Shown piece by piece: positions 1 through 7,797 of a stretch of 26,612 nucleotides of DNA. Location of the stretch: positions 1-26,612 of IMG/VR virus record IMGVR_UViG_3300033405_000065; one strand, given 5' to 3'. The notes beneath the pieces were generated by a model that was not told where the DNA came from, searched no databases, and saw only the letters and a program-made list of their open reading frames with translations. The stretch's first letter is position 1, and every line of letters begins with the position of its first letter. The position numbers and the translations under genes are program-made. The DNA is from a virus. Its lineage: Duplodnaviria > Caudoviricetes.

Positions 1-110
1 TTAAGGTGATGGAGGACTTCACCGGCTTTTTGAAGGAGCAACTGGGGGAGCCGGGAGAATTGCAGCTTATCGGCTCCCGCATCCGGGCCTGGTTCAGGAG
101 TTTGGAATAG
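1..110 (+). CDS. 3' end of upstream gene, possibly terminase small subunit (partial)
   Basis: Open frame from 3 reads KVMEDFTGFLKEQLGEPGELQLIGSRIRAWFRSLE to TAG at 108-110. The call rests on position upstream of terL and a loose resemblance to DUF1804-type C-termini. Confidence 0.4.
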   Translation, partial: KVMEDFTGFLKEQLGEPGELQLIGSRIRAWFRSLE

Positions 111-204
111 TTCAAAGTTGAAAGTTCAAAGTTCAAAGTTAGAAACCCAGTTTTGACATTGCCTTTGGCTTTAACTTTGAACTTTGAACCTTGAACTTTG
201 AACT
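110..204 (+). repeat. Heptamer-array inverted repeat (GTTCAAA)x4 ... (AACTTTG)x4
   Basis: Arms 110-140 and 173-204 are reverse complements; the loop contains TTGCCTTT. Confidence 0.9.
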
Positions 205-230
205 ATCAACCCTAACCGGAGGAAAAAGAA

Positions 231-575
231 ATGAAGCTGCATCGGATGCAAGCGGTTTTTGCGATGTTCCTGGCCGTGTCCCTGCTGCTCAGCGGCTGCG
301 CGGCCATCGAGAACTTTCTGTGCAGCAACCGGGTGACCATCGAGAACGACATTAGCGCGGCCCAGGCGGCCATCGCCGCGGTGCAGGCCGAATACGGCTC
401 GGTGATCCCGGCCGAGAGCCAGGCCATCATCGCCGCGGCCAACGCGGTGATTAACACGGGGGAAAACATCCTCAACAACGAGGTCTGCCCCACCGACGCG
501 GACGTGCAGACGGTGCAAAACGCCTCCGCCGCCCTGAAACAGGCGAAGATTAAAGCCGGGTGGGTGGCGCCTTAA
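231..575 (+). CDS. Predicted lipoprotein, 114 aa
   Basis: GGAGG RBS; basic N-terminus, hydrophobic stretch and lipobox LLSG|C; Ala-rich helical mature region. Confidence 0.8.
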   Translation: MKLHRMQAVFAMFLAVSLLLSGCAAIENFLCSNRVTIENDISAAQAAIAAVQAEYGSVIPAESQAIIAAANAVINTGENILNNEVCPTDADVQTVQNASAALKQAKIKAGWVAP

Positions 576-576
576 T

Positions 577-646
577 CAGTAAGCAGTGAGCAGTGAGCAG
601 TAGGGGCGGCTTCTAGCCGCCCTTAGCCCACGGAAAACGGAAAACG
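577..646 (+). repeat. (CAGTGAG)x3 array, GTAG REP-like palindrome and (CGGAAAA)x2
   Basis: Array at 577-600; GTAGGGGCGGCTTCTAGCCGCCCT at 600-623; CGGAAAA units at 631-644. Confidence 0.85.
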
Positions 647-658
647 GAGAGAAAAGCT

Positions 659-1441
659 ATGAGTAATCTTCCAGTGGGACGGCTCGGGCGGAAATACGGG
701 TATACCGGTCCTCAGTTGACCGGCATCAGGGCGGTGCCTTTTGACCGGGTGCGCCCCAAAATGACCCTGGCCCAGGCCCCCCCGGTGAAATATCTCATCA
801 CCCCTCCGGTGCGGGACCAGGGGCAGATCGGAGACTGTGTCGAGTTCGCCTGGACCTATTTGAAAAGCGCCAACCTGCTCGTGGCGGGCAAACTCCCCGT
901 ATCCGTGTTCTCGCCCCTGGAGCTCTACTACGACTACCGCGACAAGGTGCTGCACGATGTGGCTGACGACGCCGGCTCCGGCGTCATGGCGGTGGGAACT
1001 CTGCTAACGCAGGATGGGGTATGCCTCGAAGGCCTGTGGCCTTATAACCCGGCTGATTTTGCAGTTAAGCCGCCTGTTACTGCCTATGCTGACGCCCTGC
1101 AAAATAAGTTGGGCTCGGTTCATCCCCTGGAAACCCTGGAGGATATGATCCTCTGCCTAGCGGACGGGTATGGGTTCGTGGCCGGGATCGCGGTTTTCCA
1201 GAGCTTCGAGGATGCCTGGGAGAAGGACGGCATTATCCCGATGCCGGGAGCATCTGAAACCTTTCTTGGCGGCCACGGGGTTTTTGTAGGCGGAGGCTAT
1301 GACCAGGATCAGAGAATCTTCATCGTGGAGAATTCCTGGGGACTTTCCGGAGGGTTGGCAAACCAAAAGGGGTTCTTCTCAATACCTTTCGATTATCTGA
1401 CTGATCCTGATCTGGTCCTGGAGATTGGCACGGGTCGCTAA
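659..1441 (+). CDS. Papain-like cysteine peptidase (C1 family)
   Basis: VRDQGQIGDC (oxyanion Gln and catalytic Cys), GGHGV (His), ENSWG (Asn). Confidence 0.88.
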   Translation: MSNLPVGRLGRKYGYTGPQLTGIRAVPFDRVRPKMTLAQAPPVKYLITPPVRDQGQIGDCVEFAWTYLKSANLLVAGKLPVSVFSPLELYYDYRDKVLHDVADDAGSGVMAVGTLLTQDGVCLEGLWPYNPADFAVKPPVTAYADALQNKLGSVHPLETLEDMILCLADGYGFVAGIAVFQSFEDAWEKDGIIPMPGASETFLGGHGVFVGGGYDQDQRIFIVENSWGLSGGLANQKGFFSIPFDYLTDPDLVLEIGTGR

Positions 1442-1471
1442 AATAGTGCGGCAGGAGGCATAGAGCAGGTA

Positions 1472-1548
1472 TTAGGGAATAGGGGTTAGGGGTCAGAATT
1501 TAGTCTTTTCTGATCCCTAATCCCTGATCCCTAATCCCTAATCCCTGA
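1472..1548 (+). repeat. Heptamer-array inverted repeat (TTAGGGG)-like x3 ... (CTRATCC)x5
   Basis: Arms 1472-1496 and 1510-1548 are complementary; the 3' arm ends 7 nt before the terL ATG. Confidence 0.85.
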
Positions 1549-1555
1549 ATTTAAA

Positions 1556-3198
1556 ATGCTGACTCTCAAACAAAAATTCACCCAGGCGGAGTTTCAAAGG
1601 CGGGCCGATGAGATCTTAGGCCGGCTGTTCCGGGAGGTCACCGCCTTTGGGGACGTGAGCGAATCCGCCAAAAAGGCGCGGCGCGCCCGGAGTATGTCCG
1701 ACCCCTTCGCCTTCTTCACCACCTATCTCCCCCATTATTTCTCCCAGGAGTTCGCGCCCTTTCATCGCGAGCTGGTGGCGCTTTTGGAGCGGCGGCCCGG
1801 CGAAAAAGGTTTTGGGGGGGCGGCGTCCCGCCGCCCTGGGCAGGGAAACCCCGCCCCTGCTACGGAAAACGGAAAACGGAAAACGCTGTCCTGACTCCCG
1901 TCGTGGTGGCCGCGCCCCGGGAGTTCGCCAAGACCACCATCACCTCCTTCGGCTACGTGCTCCACCAGGTCTGCCACGGCCTGCGCCACTTCATCATCAT
2001 CGCCTCCGACACCGAGGACCTGGCCAGCGACCTCACCGGCTATCTCTACCTGGAGCTACTCCACAACGAGCGCCTCAAGTGCGATTTCGGCGAGCTGGTC
2101 CGGGACCACTGGGCGGTGGACGATTTCGTCACCCTCACCGACGTCCGGCTCAAGGCCCGGGGCCGGGGCCAGCGCCTGCGCGGCCTGAAGCACAAACAGC
2201 ATCGCCCCGACCTGATCGTCCTGGACGACGTGGAGAACGACCAGCAGGCCAAATCCCCGGACCTGGTCAAGAAGCTGCTCTCCTGGATCACCGGCGCGGT
2301 CTATCCCGCCATCGAGGCCTCGGGCTCGCTCTTCTGGATCGGCACCATACTGGCCCGCAAGAGTGCCCTCTATACCGCGATACACTCCGAGGAGGAGCCC
2401 TGGAAACACTGGACCCGCAGGATCTACCGTGCACTCAATGAGGACCCCGGGCGGCAAGATGCCGCCCCTACATCATTATGGCCCTCCCGGCACCCGGTGC
2501 CCACGCTCCTGGAGCAGAAGCGCCTCATGGGGTCGCTCGCCTTCAATCGGGAGAAGCAGAACGACCCCGTGGACGAGGAAGGGTTCTTCCAGGAGGCCTG
2601 GTTTCGGTTTTACCATCCCGCGGACCTCAGCGGCAAGGACCTGATCGTGGCGGGGTTCTTCGACCCCTCCATCGGCACCGGCGAGACCGCGGATTATAAG
2701 GCTGTCCTCACCGTGGGGCTGGAGCGCCGGGAGATGATTTTCTACGTCCTGGACGCCTACATCCGCCGGGGTACCCTGGACGAGGCGTTGCGCGCCGCCT
2801 TCATCCGCCACGAGCAATGGAACTACTGGCTCTTCGGGGTGGAGGACAACCTTTTTCAGCGCCTGCTGCTGCGGGAGTTCGACCGGCTGAGTAAAGAGCG
2901 GGGCGTCGTCCTGCCGGTCCGGGGCGTCACCGCCAGGACCGCCAAGGAGACCCGGATCTCCCGGCTTTCGGCCCTGGTGGAGCGGGGCCAGATCCGCTTC
3001 TGCCGGGGCCGGGGTAACCAGGACCTGCTCCTGGAGCAGCTCCTCTATTTTCCGGCCAAAACCGTGCACGACGACGGCCCCGACGCCCTGGAAGGCGCCG
3101 TGGGGCTCCTGGAGGGTGGCGCCAGCATGGGGATCTTCGATTATTACAAAGGGGAGTTTGACACAATGGTGGCCGAGGAGCGCCGTCTTCACGGATAG
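1556..3198 (+). CDS. terL: Terminase large subunit, split across two frames (1556-1894 and the -1 frame continuing to 3198)
   Basis: N-terminal FAFFTTYLPHYF...FHRELV segment; -1 frame reads VLTPVVVAAPREFAKTT (Walker A-like), RPDLIVLDDVEND (Walker B), and nuclease motifs FDPS and HDDGPDALE. Confidence 0.88.
1814..1885 (+). repeat. REP-like double palindrome plus (CGGAAAA)x3 inside terL at the frame break
   Basis: GGGCGGCGTCCCGCCGCCC...GGGCAGGGAAACCCCGCCC resembles the 3791-3837 element; heptamers at 1863-1883. Confidence 0.75.
2449..2471 (-). repeat. GTAG REP-like palindrome in frame within terL
   Basis: Minus strand reads GTAGGGGCGGCATCTTGCCGCCC; + strand encodes GRQDAAPT. Confidence 0.75.
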
Positions 3199-3203
3199 TT
3201 ATT

Positions 3204-3415
3204 AGTGAGCAGTGAGCAGTAAGCAGTAAAAGCAAAGAAAAGGACTTTTTTCAAGGGTTTTAAAAAAGTCATTAAGGCGCTGCCAAAAGTCTAACAAAAT
3301 GCCAAAAAAAGGATTTTTGTCCTAATCAGATTACTTAATTAAAAAAGCAACTTATAAAGGAAAATCTTTTTGTCTTTTGACTTTACTGCTCACTGCTCAC
3401 TGCTCACTGCTTACT
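3204..3415 (+). repeat. Heptamer-array inverted repeat (AGTGAGC)x3 ... (ACTGCTC)x4 around an AT-rich spacer
   Basis: Arms 3204-3227 and 3385-3415; inner inverted repeat GACTTTTTT/AAAAAAGTC at 3243-3270. Confidence 0.9.
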
Positions 3416-3427
3416 TGGGATTAAAAA

Positions 3428-4930
3428 ATGGCTGCTGAACCTAAAAAAATTCCTCTTGCTCCGGAGCTAATCAGCGCCGCCCAATGGGCCGCGGGGCGTC
3501 GTTTCACGCCCACCGGCACGGGCGGCGCGCCGGGGCAGCCGGACCCGAGCCAGGATTTCTTCGGACCCGGGCTGCCCCTGCCGCCCCTGGCCCCCCCCTC
3601 CGCCGCCGGCCGCCAGTTCGACTACCCGGTGGGCTACAATCTGCTGGTCACCCCCCGGGGCGACCTGCCCATCTCGTTTCTGGATCTTAGGAACCTGGCC
3701 CAAAACTGCGACCTGGTGCGCCTGGTGATCGAGACCCGCAAGGACCAGATCAGCAAGATGGGTTGGACCATTAATCCCCTGGAAAAGCACGTAGGGGCGG
3801 CTTCCAGCCGCCCCGGGCGGGTGAAACCCGCCCCTACCGCCTCCGCCTCAGCCCAAGCGCAGGTGAAGGCGGCCACCGCGCTGATGAAGCGCCCCGACGG
3901 GATGCACTCCTTCAACGCCTGGATGCGGATGCTCCTGGAAGACATGCTGGTGATCGACGCGGCCACCCTCTATCCCAGGCTAACCCGCGGGGGCAGCCTC
4001 TATGCCCTGGAGGTGGTGGACGGCGCCACTATCCGCCCCATCGTCGATGAGGGCGGCCGCACCCCGCTCCCTCCGGCCCCGGCCTATCAGCAGATCATCA
4101 AGGGCCTGCCGGCCACCGACTACACCCGGGAGGAGCTGCTCTATTATCCCCGCAACCTTTTGAGCTGGCGCATCTACGGCTTCTCGCCGGTGGAGCAGAT
4201 CATCATCATCACCAACATCATCCTGCGGCGCCAGATGCACCTCCTGCAATACTACACCGACGGCAACCTGCCCGACGCACTGATGGAGGTGCCGGAGAAC
4301 TGGTCCACCGCCCAAATCGCCGAATTCCAGCAATACTGGGACGCCCTGCACGCGGGCAACACCGCCCAGCGGCGCCGGGGCAAATGGGTGCCCCACGGCA
4401 TGACCCCGCACCTGATGAAGGAGGGGGATCTGAAGTCCCCCATCGACGAATGGTTCGCCCGGGTGGTGTGCTACGCCTTTTCGGTGTCGCCCCAGCCCTT
4501 CGTGCAGACGATCAACCGGGCCACCGCCGAGACTGCCCAGGAGGCGGCCCTGAGCGAGGGGCTGGCGCCCCTGATGGAATGGATGGCGGACTTCATCAAC
4601 TATGTCCTCCAGGGCTTCGGGTTCGACCAGGTGGAGTTCGCCTGGGAACAGGACACCGCCATCGACCCCCAGGTGCAGGCCCAGATCGACGACCTGGACG
4701 CGCGCAATGGCATCAGGCTGCGGAGCGAGATCCGGGCCTCCCGGGGCCTGGAGGACGACGGGACCCCGGATTTCATCATGACCGCCCAGAGGGCGGTGCT
4801 GGTGAGCGAGATCGGCAAGGAGAGTAGTGGCACAGGCGTCTCGCCTGTGGCGCCTCCGGAAGAGGAAACGCTTCCGGAAGAGGAAGCGGCGGCGGAAGGC
4901 AAAGGGCAAAAGGTAGGATTGGCCCCTTAG
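3428..4930 (+). CDS. Phage portal protein
   Basis: 500 aa directly after terL; portal-like segments LLEDMLVIDAATLYP, VDGATIRP, YGFSPVEQ and VCYAFSVSP. Confidence 0.88.
   Translation: MAAEPKKIPLAPELISAAQWAAGRRFTPTGTGGAPGQPDPSQDFFGPGLPLPPLAPPSAAGRQFDYPVGYNLLVTPRGDLPISFLDLRNLAQNCDLVRLVIETRKDQISKMGWTINPLEKHVGAASSRPGRVKPAPTASASAQAQVKAATALMKRPDGMHSFNAWMRMLLEDMLVIDAATLYPRLTRGGSLYALEVVDGATIRPIVDEGGRTPLPPAPAYQQIIKGLPATDYTREELLYYPRNLLSWRIYGFSPVEQIIIITNIILRRQMHLLQYYTDGNLPDALMEVPENWSTAQIAEFQQYWDALHAGNTAQRRRGKWVPHGMTPHLMKEGDLKSPIDEWFARVVCYAFSVSPQPFVQTINRATAETAQEAALSEGLAPLMEWMADFINYVLQGFGFDQVEFAWEQDTAIDPQVQAQIDDLDARNGIRLRSEIRASRGLEDDGTPDFIMTAQRAVLVSEIGKESSGTGVSPVAPPEEETLPEEEAAAEGKGQKVGLAP
3791..3837 (+). 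repeat. REP-like doublet (GTAG...CTAC) in frame in portal
   Basis: GTAGGGGCGGCTTCCAGCCGCCCC GGGCGGGTGAAACCCGCCCCTAC, encoding VGAASSRPGRVKPAPT. Confidence 0.85.
4827..4849 (+). repeat. GTGG-type palindrome in portal C-terminus
   Basis: GTGGCACAGGCGTCTCGCCTGTG; sister copies at 11603 and 16208. Confidence 0.8.
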
Positions 4931-4979
4931 CAGAGACAAAATACGGTAAACGGCAAAACAGAAAAAAACCAGAGGGATT

Positions 4980-5744
4980 ATGCAAAAGGAATATCCCCAC
5001 CCTGACCCGCCCGGGCCGCCGCCTGCGCCCGTGAATCTCAAGATCGAGGCGGTCATCACCTGCGTCTCCTACGGCGATTATCTGGCCTGGACGCTGCCGG
5101 CCAATAAGCAGCACTTCAACCGCATGGTAGTGGTCACCCGGCCCGACGATAAGCTTACGCAACAATTGTGCGCCTATTACCACGTCGAGTGCTACCCCAC
5201 CTACGACTGGCACCGGAATGACGACGCCTTCAACAAGGCCAAGGGCATCAATTACGGCCTGTCGCAATTGGCCAAAGACGGCTGGGTGGCGCACCTGGAC
5301 GCCGATATCTACCTGCCGCCCCGCACCCGGGCCATCCTGCAGCGCATCTCTCTGGACCAGGCCTCCCTTTACGGCATCGACCGCATGGAGTGCAAGAGCT
5401 TTGCCGATTGGATCAAGTTTCTGGGAGCGCCGCCCCTTCAGCACGAATGGCAGATCTTCGTCCATCCCCGGCCCTTCCCGCTGGCCGTGCGCATCGCCAC
5501 GCTGGACCGGGACGGCTATGTGCCCATCGGCTTTTTTCAATTATGGAATCCCAAGGGCTCGGGGGTTTCTTATTATCCCGAGCACCATACCACCGCGGCC
5601 CGGAGCGATATGCTGTTCGCCATGCAGTGGCCCCGGGATAAGCGCCATTTGCTTCCGGAAATCATCGCCATCCATCTCGAAAGCGAGTGCGTAGAAATGG
5701 GGGCCAACTGGGAAGGAAGGCAGACAAAACCCTTCAGCCTGTAA
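4980..5744 (+). CDS. GT-A fold (family 2-like) glycosyltransferase
   Basis: N-terminal AVITCVSYGDYL strand, FNKAKGIN, WVAHLDADI (DxD motif), IGFFQL and late SDMLF. Confidence 0.72.
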   Translation: MQKEYPHPDPPGPPPAPVNLKIEAVITCVSYGDYLAWTLPANKQHFNRMVVVTRPDDKLTQQLCAYYHVECYPTYDWHRNDDAFNKAKGINYGLSQLAKDGWVAHLDADIYLPPRTRAILQRISLDQASLYGIDRMECKSFADWIKFLGAPPLQHEWQIFVHPRPFPLAVRIATLDRDGYVPIGFFQLWNPKGSGVSYYPEHHTTAARSDMLFAMQWPRDKRHLLPEIIAIHLESECVEMGANWEGRQTKPFSL

Positions 5745-5746
5745 GG

Positions 5747-5783
5747 GCCGGTACGGGCGGGTTTAAAACCCGCCCGTACCGGC
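5747..5783. repeat. Perfect REP-like inverted repeat
   Basis: GCCGGTACGGGCGGGTTT A AAACCCGCCCGTACCGGC. Confidence 0.85.
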
Positions 5784-5818
5784 AAAATCAAAATCAAGGG
5801 AGCCAAAGGAGAGGTGGC

Positions 5819-6259
5819 ATGAAAAAGCTATTCATTTTCGCACTGATGGTCTTCATCGGGTGCTGCCAGGTTCCCATTTCCAAGGCCCAGGCGCAAACGC
5901 TGGTCCCCTTCGAGATGATGCCGGACAGCCTGGGCCACGCCACCACCCTGGTGCCGCCCGCCGGCCGGTTCATCACCAACCACTCCCTGACGGCGAGCAC
6001 CGCCAAGACCATCACGGTGCCGGCCGGCGCCAACTGGGTCAACTTCTCGCCTTCGGCGAACCTGTGGGTCAATTTCAGCGGCGGGACTGCCGTGATCCCG
6101 TCGGCGGACGTCACGGACGGCTCGGGGACCTACTTCAACCCGCCCATGATGTATGTAGGGCCGATCTATGCCGGAGGGGTCGCCCTCTATCCGGCCCTGA
6201 CCACGATCAGCGTCATATCCGACACCACCTGGGTCTTGACGGCCATGTGGTACAGGTAG
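5819..6259 (+). CDS. Secreted beta-rich hypothetical protein, 146 aa
   Basis: GGAGAGG upstream of ATG 5819; MKKLFIFALMVFIGCC...AQA signal peptide. The ORF track start at 5687 is over-extended. Confidence 0.75.
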   Translation: MKKLFIFALMVFIGCCQVPISKAQAQTLVPFEMMPDSLGHATTLVPPAGRFITNHSLTASTAKTITVPAGANWVNFSPSANLWVNFSGGTAVIPSADVTDGSGTYFNPPMMYVGPIYAGGVALYPALTTISVISDTTWVLTAMWYR

Positions 6260-6263
6260 GGAG

Positions 6264-6372
6264 AGTGAGCAGTGAGCGGTGGGCAGTTAGCAGTAAAAGT
6301 AAAGGCAAAAGCAACCCCAAAAGCAAAAGCTGCGGGACCGCACTGCTCACTGCTTACTGCTCACTGCTCACT
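6264..6372 (+). repeat. Heptamer-array inverted repeat (AGTGAGC)-like x4 ... (ACTGCTC)x4
   Basis: Arms 6264-6294 and 6342-6372; AAAGGCAAAA in the loop. Confidence 0.9.
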
Positions 6373-6387
6373 CAAAGGGAGCGAGGC

Positions 6388-7797
6388 ATGAAAAAGCCGA
6401 TCATTAAATTGCTGCCGCGGCTGCTGCTATCCGGGCTGCTGCTCTCCATCTGCGTGGCCGCGGGGCCGTATAACCCGCCGATACCGCCAAAGCCTATGGT
6501 CTATCCCGGCGCCGGCGTCCCCATGAGCACCGGCTCCGCCTGGGGCACTTCCTACACAGTGGGGACGGCTGCTAATAAGCTGGTGCAGCTTAACAGCAGC
6601 TCGCAGCTTCCCGCAGTCTCCGGTGCCTTACTCACGCACTTGCCTGCCGGCATGGTTTACCCTGGGGCCGGCATAGCCATATCCGCAGGCTCGTCTTGGG
6701 GAACCAGCCTAACCCCCCCAGCCAGCGCCATCGTAGGAATCTCCGATACTCAGACTCTATCGAACAAGAGCTTCGGCTCCGGGATGACCTGGCCGACGCT
6801 TAACCAGAGCACTACCGGCGCAGCCGGCTCGGTAACTGGAGAAACCTTCCCCGCCAGCGGCCTCATTGTCGGCACCACCGACACGCAGACCCTCACCAAT
6901 AAGACGCTGACCGATAGCTCCAATGCTTTTCCTGCTAACTTCGTAACAACGGGCGGAACCCAGACCATCACCAATAAAACCCTGACCTCGCCGACCCTAA
7001 CGACTCCGGCCCTGGGGACTCCCGCTTCGGGGAACCTGGCCAATTGCACCTTTCCGACCCTGAACCAGAGCACCACCGGCGCAGCCGGCTCGGTAACTGG
7101 AGAAACCTTCCCCGCCAGCGGCCTCATTGTCGGCACCACCGACACGCAGACCCTCACCAATAAAACCCTGACCTCGCCGACCCTAACGACTCCGGCCCTG
7201 GGGACTCCCGCTTCGGGGAACCTGGCCAATTGCACCTTTCCGACTCTTAATCAGAGCACTACCGGCGCAGCAGGCTCGGTAACCGGAGAAACCTTCCCCG
7301 CCAGCGGCCTCATTGTCGGCACCACCGATACGCAGACTCTTACCAACAAAACGCTGACCTCGCCGACCCTGACGACTCCGGCTCTGGGGACTCCGGCCTC
7401 GGGCACCCTGACAAATTGTACCGGCCCTTGGCAGCCCCTCCCCATCAATCAATACCAGCTTACCGGCGGCACGGCCATGTCCGCTCCCTCCATCGGCACG
7501 GCGGGCGCAGAATGGCGCTACCATGTCGGCACCAACGGCTCGGGGACCAACACCGGGATAACCGCAGCGACCACGATCCCGGCCCCCTCCGGGACGGCAG
7601 TGGACGGCCAGGTCGGCTACATCACGATATTGAGCGATTCGGGGTCGCACAGTTTGACCTGGAACGGTGCTTATCTTGCCGGGACGACTGTTTCTCTGCC
7701 GGCTACCACGGTGGCCAGCCAGGAATTGGCCTGCGGATTCCGCTATGACCTGGTGCGGGGCGGCTGGCTGTTATTAGCCGGCGCCGGGGGATTTTAA
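6388..7797 (+). CDS. Signal-peptide-bearing Thr/Gly-rich fibre-like repeat protein, 469 aa
   Basis: GGGAGCGAGG before ATG 6388; MKKPIIKLLPRLLLSGLLLSICVAA leader; repeated TQTLTNKTLTSPTLTTPALGTPASG. Confidence 0.75.
   Translation: MKKPIIKLLPRLLLSGLLLSICVAAGPYNPPIPPKPMVYPGAGVPMSTGSAWGTSYTVGTAANKLVQLNSSSQLPAVSGALLTHLPAGMVYPGAGIAISAGSSWGTSLTPPASAIVGISDTQTLSNKSFGSGMTWPTLNQSTTGAAGSVTGETFPASGLIVGTTDTQTLTNKTLTDSSNAFPANFVTTGGTQTITNKTLTSPTLTTPALGTPASGNLANCTFPTLNQSTTGAAGSVTGETFPASGLIVGTTDTQTLTNKTLTSPTLTTPALGTPASGNLANCTFPTLNQSTTGAAGSVTGETFPASGLIVGTTDTQTLTNKTLTSPTLTTPALGTPASGTLTNCTGPWQPLPINQYQLTGGTAMSAPSIGTAGAEWRYHVGTNGSGTNTGITAATTIPAPSGTAVDGQVGYITILSDSGSHSLTWNGAYLAGTTVSLPATTVASQELACGFRYDLVRGGWLLLAGAGGF
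6793..7420 (+). repeat. Intragenic 186-bp (62-aa) tandem repeat, about 2.5 copies plus a partial upstream copy
   Basis: CAGAC...ACCAAYAAAAC recurs at 6961, 7147 and 7333; partial copy at about 6793-6912. Confidence 0.9.

Noticed and set aside
1801-1902. Self-splicing intron or intein in terL
   Set aside because: The insert is under 100 nt, with no group I/II core or intein motifs.
5747-5783. Intrinsic terminator call for GC hairpins (also 13967, 20292, 21504)
   Set aside because: No + strand U-tract, and they match a repeated REP-like family.
5687-6387. Long N-terminal extensions of ORFs 5687 and 5860
   Set aside because: They overlap upstream genes and cross repeats; RBS and signal peptides support starts at 5819 and 6388.
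6793-7420. Diversity-generating retroelement TR/VR pair
   Set aside because: In-frame tandem protein repeats with mostly synonymous differences that are not adenine-specific; no reverse transcriptase in the window.
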